DNA of 62,914 nucleotides, filler included, from Stramenopiles sp. TOSAG23-3 (Eukaryota): NCBI GenBank assembly GCA_900128585.1. It is 19 parts of 19 records of this genome, joined end to end, with 100 filler letters (N's around TTAATTAATTAA, not from the genome) between each part and the next. Parts side by side here need not be neighbours in the genome. Positions count along the whole stretch, not along the records: positions 53,094 to 56,303 come from LT644360.1; positions 56,404 to 59,609 come from LT644361.1; positions 59,710 to 62,914 come from LT644362.1; 16 more parts are not named here. One strand, 5' to 3'. Shown piece by piece: positions 55,084 to 62,914 of this stretch (position 1 is its first letter; each line of letters starts with the position of its first letter). The notes under the pieces were generated by a model. It saw only the letters and a program-made list of their open reading frames with translations, ran no database searches and was not told where the DNA came from. The position numbers and the translations under genes were made by a program.

Positions 55084-56289
55084 TCAAACCATCGTAGCTT
55101 TTGCGTTGGGCTCTAAGCTACCATATCCTCCTCCACTGACCCCCCATTTCCTTGCCGCCGGCCACTGATAAATTCCATTCGGACAGTGTGGCATTAATTG
55201 TTTGTTCATTTTCATCTGGAGGCCTCTTTGCGGAGGCGGCATGTACGCAAGTTCCTTCATTTGACGATCGTGCTCTATAATGTTTCTATTCCAATTCTTT
55301 CTTGACTGATTGTCAAAATTATGAAAACCGTTCCTTGGTCGTTTTCTTCCCGGGCTAACCGCTTTGGTGGCGTACTCTGTCAAATAATGTGATCCTCCTG
55401 TGATCGGGTTAGTGTTTCGCTTCGTCCAGTCGACAGAGCGTGGGACGGGAGGTCGCTCGGTGGCATACTTGCGTATGTCAGTTCGGTCCGTGATTGCCCA
55501 ACGATCAATCTGTTCCGAACCTTGCTGGCGAAAATAGCGCGTGGCGTTGCTGGCCTTTGGTGGCATCAGCCCAGAGTTAATGCCGTACCGAGGGCTAAGG
55601 TTACCACTCTTTAACTCAACGTCACGCCACTGCTTCTCGATGCTCGTCCTGTTCTTTGGGCCTCTCGGGTACTGAAAACCTTCCTTCTTGGGCCAAAAGT
55701 TGGGGTACTGCTCTGCGTTGTTTCCTCCGTAAATGTTCCTATCGTACCTTTTCCCATAGCCTTCTGACCTTGGTGTGTTTCCAAGGCCAGCATCCTTCAT
55801 CTGGGGTATGGCTAACAAATCGTTTTTGCGCATCCCACGGTCATGTTCCATTTTATCAAAACTGGTCTTTTTCGTGTTCTTCATCCGGTAATTCTCATGG
55901 TACTTTGCCATTTTGCGGACGCTCTCGGACTGATGGCCAAATATGACTTCCCGATCGGTGTTCCCGCCATGAATTTGGGTGTCTATAGCTGGTGGCGGGG
56001 GGGGCACGTACCGAGGTGATTTTGCAGCTGTTGGGCCGTGTATATCCGACCTTACTTTCGGCCCAGGTGGGGTCTTCGGAGGGTCCGGTCTGCGAACGAA
56101 CGTCGGATTGTACAGTTCTGGGTCTATTTTTACGGTCATCCGGGCTCTGCTTCGTGGTGTGAACATTGCCCCCTTCTTTGCTGACTCGTTCAGCTGGAGG
56201 GCGGACACCCTTTTCTCTCGCCATTCCTTCCGGTTGAAGATGTCCCTGGCCATCGAATTCGGTTTTGATATGGAATGTATGTTACTCAT
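55084..56289 (-). CDS. Basic Pro/Arg-rich hypothetical protein
   Basis: 401-codon ORF with coding-like composition; no recognisable domain. Confidence 0.65.
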   Translation of the reverse strand: MSNIHSISKPNSMARDIFNRKEWREKRVSALQLNESAKKGAMFTPRSRARMTVKIDPELYNPTFVRRPDPPKTPPGPKVRSDIHGPTAAKSPRYVPPPPPAIDTQIHGGNTDREVIFGHQSESVRKMAKYHENYRMKNTKKTSFDKMEHDRGMRKNDLLAIPQMKDAGLGNTPRSEGYGKRYDRNIYGGNNAEQYPNFWPKKEGFQYPRGPKNRTSIEKQWRDVELKSGNLSPRYGINSGLMPPKASNATRYFRQQGSEQIDRWAITDRTDIRKYATERPPVPRSVDWTKRNTNPITGGSHYLTEYATKAVSPGRKRPRNGFHNFDNQSRKNWNRNIIEHDRQMKELAYMPPPQRGLQMKMNKQLMPHCPNGIYQWPAARKWGVSGGGYGSLEPNAKATMV

Positions 56290-56403
56290 TTTCCAACCTG
56301 CTTNNNNNNNNNNNNNNNNNNNNNNNNNNNNNNNNNNNNNNNNNNNNTTAATTAATTAANNNNNNNNNNNNNNNNNNNNNNNNNNNNNNNNNNNNNNNNN
56401 NNN

Positions 56404-57115
56404 GATGATCTGAATCAGTAGATGGATTAACACTGCTTTCAAATGAACCGTAATCAACTTCCTCATCCGATATCTCACTCATGCGTGACTCAATCCTTGA
56501 AAGATTTTTCAAGCAGCGGCTTAATAGTTTTAGAGGTGCTCGTTGTCTGTCTTGTAAATCAGTCATGGGGTTGTCATCCATGGGTTGAGATGTCGGGGGA
56601 GGGTCGTTTGTGTCATTTTCGATCAGCGGTGCGGTAGATGTGGTCCGATGGCGTGCCATCGTCCTGCTGGCGATGCTCTGGTTCCCTGTGTCTTCCTCCG
56701 AGGATAGCACTATTAGAGTCGAGGCAATGCTGAGTTGCTCACTGCTGGATTGCTCACTGCTCGGGGTACTACCGGGGTCGTCACTGCTGGAATGCTCGTC
56801 CTCCGAGAGTTGCGGTTCTGTGTCAGAGGCCGAGTCCGAGCTGTTCAGGGCCGGGATTCGGGCAGGGATGTGGGGGTAGAACGTGGAATGCCTCCTTTCG
56901 TTTCTCCAGGCTGTTCTGGTTTGGTTGGTTGGGGTTGGGCCCCTGGGCGCTGTTGTTGATCGGGAATAGGTCGCGGGGGAGGTGACCGCCATAGATTGTA
57001 AGGCCATCTGCTTGGTTTCCTTCATCGAATTTGGCGTGCTCATCGTTGTACCTCCCCAGTGTACGGGGGATGGATGTGACAAGGTTCCCGATTGCCCTGG
57101 GGCGTTTGTCCTCAT
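56404..57115 (-). CDS. Ser/Thr/Pro-rich disordered hypothetical protein (3' truncated)
   Basis: Open frame from ATG at 57115 to the contig end; no domain recognised. Confidence 0.5.
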
Positions 57116-57327
57116 TTAAACATGCGAATGCTTGACCTCTGATTATCCTGGTGCGTAGGGCATCTTCTTTTTTCTTTCTTTTTTGACTTATTAAAAAATA
57201 CTATATTGCAAAATTAGATCAGTTCTACAATTGGGATAATCTTGAGAGTCTTAAAACATACTAATATCTCATTTTAGTTTTTTTTAAAACATACTATAAA
57301 AAAAACAAGCACAACAATAAAAAACTA

Positions 57328-57459
57328 AGGAAGCTAAATTTAATTACTTAAAATAACAGCCAATTTTCTTGCTCTTTAAAAAAACTAACATGATATAGTA
57401 TGTTTTAAAAAACAACTATATATAATTTGTTTTTTAAAGTAATTAAAATTTAGCTTCCT
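57328..57459. repeat. AT-rich element bounded by ~26-bp imperfect inverted repeats (MITE-like)
   Basis: AGGAAGCTAAATTTAATTACTTAAAA ... TTTTAAAGTAATTAAAATTTAGCTTCCT; internal motifs recur on other contigs; no clear target-site duplication. Confidence 0.5.
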
Positions 57460-57744
57460 CACATACCGCGAAAATGAATCTAATCCTTTTGTCCATTAAA
57501 TTATTTTAGTGAATATACTGTTTTTAAACTGAATTCAAATTTAGTTTTTTCTTCTTTCTGCACTACGAAGTTGGTACTCACTTCGGAATCTTCCTGTTCT
57601 GTTCAATTGGCAGAACATTTCCTTCTCTCGCCAGTACTACCTCTTGTCGCCGCTGAGCAACATTCATTTCCTAACGCTGCTCAAAAATGTTGTCATGCGC
57701 AGAGGCACAAGGTCCTCAACATCGTGATTAAGGTCGATATCGGA

Positions 57745-58698
57745 TCAGGGAAGCATTTTCCGCAAATAGCCAACATATTTTTCATCATGGATATATTGAT
57801 CTAATTCATCTGACGCCACCCAAGCAGTCTCGCATGTTGAACTACTATAATTGAGCATGTATCTACTGCTATGCATTTCATACATGAAAAAAAAAACCTT
57901 CGAACAAGGATTTTTCGTTCTCTCGTTTGCTTTGGCATCTCTCTGGTAGTGTCCACATGGTGCATGTCCTATGGGTTTAACCTGTTCCGCTATTTCACAG
58001 CCAAATTCTTTCATTGCGTTTTCTAATGCAGCGTATCCCAAATTTTCCTGTACAGCACAGCTGCTCGATTGCCCGGGGAAACACCAGTCACCATCGTCCC
58101 TTTTTGTCAAAAGATACAATCTGGATGATAGTCGACGGTTAAGCGAACAATGTTTCTCAATATCGCTCTTCTTCTGCCCTATGTGATCCTTTGTTCTACC
58201 TTCAATATCAGAAGGCAAATTTTCTGTTCCTTCATCGTATTTGATTGTCGCACTCTCCCATTCGTGGTCAAAGGACTCTCCATCAAATTCCATGTCCGTC
58301 GATAGTGGTTCCGCGCTATTGCTGATGGTTCGCTGAGACAACGAGGGGGTACTCTCTCTTGGTTCGATCTTTCCTGCATTACTGAGCGGTTTGTAAACAT
58401 TTTCTTCTCCTTCCAAGCGCCACAGCAGTTTTTCATACTCTGTACCACTACTGTCGTCCCTTATATCACTAAGAGCACAAGCCCGCAAATCCCACTTCGC
58501 CAGCTCGTCTATCAAACGCGGGGGGCGGCTTAGTATGACTGAGGCAAATAAGCTCCAATACTGACATTCATTATTTTCTTTTCCAAGCGACGCCACTGCT
58601 CCATGCGAACTGTCGGTATTTTGCTCAAAGCGTAAAGCCCCTGCATGAAAAAGCCTCTGCGTCTTCCTGGATTGTTGTAGCAAGGCGGCTCGGAACAT
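57745..58698 (-). CDS. MRPL46: Mitochondrial ribosomal protein mL46
   Basis: Mitochondrial presequence; SLNRRLSSRLYLL, WCFP, IGHAPCGHY, KVFFF, AWVASDEL (Nudix-like fold). Confidence 0.8.
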   Translation of the reverse strand: MFRAALLQQSRKTQRLFHAGALRFEQNTDSSHGAVASLGKENNECQYWSLFASVILSRPPRLIDELAKWDLRACALSDIRDDSSGTEYEKLLWRLEGEENVYKPLSNAGKIEPRESTPSLSQRTISNSAEPLSTDMEFDGESFDHEWESATIKYDEGTENLPSDIEGRTKDHIGQKKSDIEKHCSLNRRLSSRLYLLTKRDDGDWCFPGQSSSCAVQENLGYAALENAMKEFGCEIAEQVKPIGHAPCGHYQRDAKANERTKNPCSKVFFFMYEMHSSRYMLNYSSSTCETAWVASDELDQYIHDEKYVGYLRKMLP

Positions 58699-59348
58699 TA
58701 TAAGATTTCAAACAAAAATCAACTCACTTCGGTGGAGTACTTATCCCCTTTCCACGAACCTACTTTTCGGGTACTGAGTGTTTTAGAATAGTGCAAACTA
58801 CAAGTACAGGGGAAAACTTGGCCACGAGGAATTTTCTGGGTGAGAAAACAAAAAATACAAATGAGATCAGTAGGTTTCTGCTTTCTTGCTTCTTCTGTTT
58901 TCTTCCAAACATGTACAGTTGTTCGAGTACTATTTTATTTTAATTATTTATTATTAACAAAAATAATAGACCGATTTAAAAAAAAAAAAATAATAATTTA
59001 ATGTTCTACTCATCATGCATATTACAGTAAGAAATCAGTTATTAATAGTCACTTTTTGGTGGAGCTATTTACATATGTGCTCCATCCGCTTTTCCGTAAA
59101 CAATTTTTTCTTTTAAATAAAATTGAAATATTTTGTATAATAGTTTCCCTTAATAAAATGGGTATATTAAATTGAATATTGTTCCTCTTACGGTTTATTA
59201 AGTTAAAATTAATGTACTGCGAACTGAAATCTAGATTTAGTGGATTTAGACATTCAAGGTTTGCATACGCGAACTTAACTATCTTCTCGAGATCTTCATT
59301 TTTTTAAAAAGAGATTGTTAGCATTGACTTAGCATTACATATTTTGCA

Positions 59349-59490
59349 CAGGCAATAGCATATAAAATATTTTTAGTTTTCGATAATACATTGAATAGCA
59401 TTAAATGAAATTAAGTTTGTGTTTCGCAGGCAATAGCATTGAAACTATTTTTTTAGTTTCCGATAATACATAGAAATAGCATCAAATAAA
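59349..59490. repeat. Imperfect tandem duplication with 78-bp period
   Basis: CAGGCAATAGCAT...TAGTTT(T/C)CGATAATACAT...AATAGCAT at 59349 and 59427. Confidence 0.85.
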
Positions 59491-59710
59491 AAAGAGGAAA
59501 TATTTCGTACATCTAATACCATAGATATGGATTGTTTTAGTAGATGGACTTTCCATTGTTTAATTCGTAACTTACTTTTCGTAACTTAAATTTTGTTGAT
59601 ATAAATATANNNNNNNNNNNNNNNNNNNNNNNNNNNNNNNNNNNNNNNNNNNNTTAATTAATTAANNNNNNNNNNNNNNNNNNNNNNNNNNNNNNNNNNN
59701 NNNNNNNNNC

Positions 59711-61705
59711 GAATCGAACGGCCTAGAATTGGGGGACCCGTGTTGCCTTTGGAAAGTTGGAATGACGCCGATGAGGCAGTGGGGCCTCTCGCACCCAGGA
59801 GACGAGAAGTCAAAGACCAACCTGAACTTCAGTTACGCGTACACCTGCGTCTCCAAGAAGGGAGACGAATCGTTTTGGAAATTCTACTTTGACGACAAGC
59901 GCGACTTTCACTACCGCACCTTCTCCGAAGACGTAACGCTGTGGTGGAACAGGACGCTGACGTCTTTTAAAGCGAACGGGATATCCAAATTCAACCCGTT
60001 CGGTGACGGGGAAGACGTTTTCATGCGCTCCTCGAAAGATTTGTTCACCGCACTCGTCCTGCTGTGCACGGTCATCACGCTTTCAATATTGGTATTTAGC
60101 CACCGGTGCGGCCTGAAAGTGTGCTTGCCGCTTCGCAGCAGCCGTGTGTTGACCCTGCGAGACCACGCATGGATCATCTTTGCCGCCTTTGTATTTACCG
60201 ACTGGATGAGCGGCTTGCTTCACGTGGTGCTGGACAACCCAATCATGAACACCTGGCCCGTGGTGGGCCCCGAGGCGAAAGCTTTCCAGGGCCACCACTA
60301 CGATCCCACCGCAGTAGCCCGAGGCCCTTGGCTCGATTTCTTGCGGGAGCATCACATCCTGGTGTTCCTGGTCATGGCCCTGTACATCTTGCTCAAGCCT
60401 TCCTCCCCCGGACTAATGCTGTTCAGCCTCCACTTTATGTGGATGTCCCACGTTATGATGGCGGCCCACCGGTGGTCGCACACGCACCCCAAGTACCTGT
60501 CGCCCACCGTAAAAGCAATGATGGACTATGGAATAGTAATGACGGTCCGTCACCACTCTGCGCACCATGCGTCGTACGATTGCAACTTCTGTATATTCAG
60601 CGGATGGATGAACCCGCTGCTGAACCAGTTGATACACATTGTGCACTGGCGGTCCCCGCTCTGGCTGTTCATTCTCGCCGGGTTTGCCTTTGTTCCGATT
60701 TGGGCCACCAACAAGAGCATCCAAGAGTTCTTAGTTTTCAACGTGGAACTCCCGTTCCGAACGCTGAAGAGCCTCGGGCAGCGAATGTGCTGCAAGGCGA
60801 ACGAGAAAGGGACTGTTGTGCCGAAGGGAAACAGCCTCCAGGCCGAGAAGAAGACACAGCATTTTACGCTCTTTGTGGGCGGAAGAGAGAACAACGTTAA
60901 CACGGCAATATGGAGAAAGCGCGCGTCCGTCTATTCCGTAACACTGGGGACCGTATCCACCGCGCTGATCGCTTACGGCCTGTTTGCGAGCGGATCGTGG
61001 AAAGGAACGGGCTTCACCCGCTTCTTGGTGGGAATTCACGTCCTCTGCATGTCCGTGGGCTGTTTGATGCTGACTGTGATAGCGATCACTGCCTACAGTT
61101 GGAACGTCTTTGATACCAACGATTCCCGCTGGGCAGCCCGCAAGGCGTCCCTGAGGTCCGTGCACCGGGCCGCAAACCTTCTGAGCGTCATACTCTTCTT
61201 GGTAGGAATCGGCGCCATGGTATTGCACCTCTGGATCAAAGAGCACACGCTTCTTCACGACAAATCCGCTCATACGAAGCTTGGCCTGTTGACCCTCTTT
61301 GGCATTCTGGTACAGGTAACGACCGGCATCATGAAGTACCCCTTTGGAGGAAATGCCCAGAAACGGTTCACTTGGCACGGCAAGTTGGGATGGTTAGTTT
61401 TTCTTGCGATGTTTTTTACCATTAACAGTGGTGTCGCCGAAAGTGGTTTTTTTACGAATCTGGTCACCACTCAAATAGTTATCCAGTTGTTGTTGTTCTG
61501 GACTTTCGTTACCGTTGCATTTTCAATACGGAAGATGCCCCCGTTCATCATTCACTTAGAAAACCCCCTTGTTTTCTTGTGCAAGGAATACCTAGACATC
61601 ATGCCGTCCATGGTGTCCGACCGTCTACGAAGATTACCGTTTTGCGGGCCCTGCAAGCGGGGTTCGGAAGAAGCCACCATCAGCGGCAAGCGATACGCTG
61701 CTTAA
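59711..61705 (+). CDS. Temptin-like domain + TMEM189/CarF/FAD4-type lipid desaturase + cytochrome b561 fusion (5' truncated)
   Basis: SNGLELGDPCCLW..LSHPG; DWMSGLLH..DN, FQGHH, AHRWSH, HSAHH, NFCIFSGWMN; four TM His (GIHV, SVHR, SAHTKLG, TWHGKLG). Confidence 0.85.
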   Translation, partial: ESNGLELGDPCCLWKVGMTPMRQWGLSHPGDEKSKTNLNFSYAYTCVSKKGDESFWKFYFDDKRDFHYRTFSEDVTLWWNRTLTSFKANGISKFNPFGDGEDVFMRSSKDLFTALVLLCTVITLSILVFSHRCGLKVCLPLRSSRVLTLRDHAWIIFAAFVFTDWMSGLLHVVLDNPIMNTWPVVGPEAKAFQGHHYDPTAVARGPWLDFLREHHILVFLVMALYILLKPSSPGLMLFSLHFMWMSHVMMAAHRWSHTHPKYLSPTVKAMMDYGIVMTVRHHSAHHASYDCNFCIFSGWMNPLLNQLIHIVHWRSPLWLFILAGFAFVPIWATNKSIQEFLVFNVELPFRTLKSLGQRMCCKANEKGTVVPKGNSLQAEKKTQHFTLFVGGRENNVNTAIWRKRASVYSVTLGTVSTALIAYGLFASGSWKGTGFTRFLVGIHVLCMSVGCLMLTVIAITAYSWNVFDTNDSRWAARKASLRSVHRAANLLSVILFLVGIGAMVLHLWIKEHTLLHDKSAHTKLGLLTLFGILVQVTTGIMKYPFGGNAQKRFTWHGKLGWLVFLAMFFTINSGVAESGFFTNLVTTQIVIQLLLFWTFVTVAFSIRKMPPFIIHLENPLVFLCKEYLDIMPSMVSDRLRRLPFCGPCKRGSEEATISGKRYAA

Positions 61706-61900
61706 ACTGTTTCATTGATTCTCAGTAAAAAATGAGAAGAAGAAGAGAACGTTATTACGCGTGTGGTGCATTCTAAAAATCAACAAAATAAAAAATTTTA
61801 TTCTTAAATAACAGCCAATTTTCTTGTTTTTATTATATGATATGATAAGTGTTTTAATACGTTATTCGTGACCATCTGTACAACACCGCACGCCCCCCGG

Positions 61901-62749
61901 TCATCGGCTATTTTTCTTTCGGCGGGTTCTCGCAGGGACAAGACGGTTGTCACTGTTATGCTTCGTCGTCTTTTGCTTGGAAATGTAGTTTGCAAACTTC
62001 TTAATTTTTGGGTGTTCTAGCAACAGCTCAATGGTGTTGTAGTGTTCTGCTAGGTCCTTGCAATTTTCGGTTTTGTGCACATTGCTGTGACAGGCACGAC
62101 ACAAATCGACGCACTGGTTCAGCTGATCCCGTGTGTGCGTCCCTTTCTTTACATAGTGCGCGTGCATGGTTTTGGGTATCAAATGGTGTGCCGTGAGCGG
62201 CAATGTTCGAAGGCATATGCTGCACGCACCTTCCCCAACTTCTTGCCACGCCTCTTTCGTTGACCCAACAAAGGGAAAGCTTAATTCTTCAAGAGATAGG
62301 TACTGCCGTTTTCCATAACTCGTAAAGAGCACTTCGACTTCACCCGAGACTTGATCTATGCCCACGATTTCTGCGTCCATAAACTCTCCCGTTACGCTTT
62401 CAATGGCTTTGCACCGCATCCCTTCGTGTATCGACCCGTACGGGTCAGTGTCGCCATCACGAACTTCTTTGAAAAGTTTTTTCAAAAATGTTTCCCCACC
62501 TTGCCTCTCAATGTCTGCTACAATATCCTGCCCGACGTCACTAGAGAACCCTCCTACGTCTTGAACGACGTCGGCTACGAATTTTTTCCACAGCGTCGAT
62601 TCTCCCGTCTTTCGGGTGCTGTATTTTTCTATGACCTCTTCTAGGAAACACAAAGCGAGCGTTTCCCCATCTATCCCGCCATCTTCAGTTTCTAACAGTA
62701 CTGCGTCAGCAAATATATTTTTCAGAATTTTCGCACATATTTCCGACAT
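61901..62749 (-). CDS. Tudor-like domain + YisB-like HNH nuclease domain
   Basis: GMRCKA..DAEIVGID..VLFTSYG (Tudor); CSIC..LTAHHLIPK..LCRACHSNVH..LAEHYNTIELL (HNH). Confidence 0.78.
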   Translation of the reverse strand: MSEICAKILKNIFADAVLLETEDGGIDGETLALCFLEEVIEKYSTRKTGESTLWKKFVADVVQDVGGFSSDVGQDIVADIERQGGETFLKKLFKEVRDGDTDPYGSIHEGMRCKAIESVTGEFMDAEIVGIDQVSGEVEVLFTSYGKRQYLSLEELSFPFVGSTKEAWQEVGEGACSICLRTLPLTAHHLIPKTMHAHYVKKGTHTRDQLNQCVDLCRACHSNVHKTENCKDLAEHYNTIELLLEHPKIKKFANYISKQKTTKHNSDNRLVPARTRRKKNSR

Positions 62750-62914
62750 CGCCAAAAACAGTAGTCACAGTAGTAGTTGGTCTTCTTTCAGAGCAAGAAA
62801 AAAAGACCCACTTCCTTATCGGAACAAAAAAAGAACGGAACGCCAGTGGGTTAGATCTTGTTTATTTAGTATATAGTTGATGCAATTGATTCTGAATCTG
62901 AAACTGAAACTAAA

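Overview
This window is not one continuous locus. It is 19 separate contigs of about 3.2 kb (3228 down to 3205 nt, in non-increasing length order), joined by 18 artificial 100-nt spacers (N44-TTAATTAATTAA-N44), so gene neighbourhoods across spacers mean nothing. The DNA is eukaryotic: compact, intron-poor genes with GT-AG introns, AT-rich intergenic DNA and GAA/TTTC microsatellites. It is probably a protist MAG or single-cell assembly; the lineage cannot be fixed from sequence alone. Recognisable housekeeping genes are CCT4, a CDPK, an ABCB fragment, an S28 peptidase, CK2-beta, a Sar-type GTPase, TBCC, eIF3c, glutamate-cysteine ligase, holocytochrome c synthase, a PfkB kinase, a cystathionine gamma-lyase/synthase and MRPL46. 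One contig carries an uninterrupted Mutator/Kolobok-like DDE transposase ORF. The most unusual signals are single-gene domain fusions: (1) toxin-type ADP-ribosyltransferase + CX5R phosphatase + FCP1-type HAD phosphatase; (2) temptin-like domain + TMEM189/CarF/FAD4-type lipid desaturase + cytochrome b561; (3) histone fold + RAMA (predicted 6mA reader); (4) UBA-like + herpes-tegument-like deubiquitinase; (5) Tudor + HNH. Also present are a highly structured eIF3c intron, two frameshifted genes, a perfect 40-bp palindrome and recurrent intergenic motifs shared across contigs. All domain calls come from motif recognition by eye; no searches were run.
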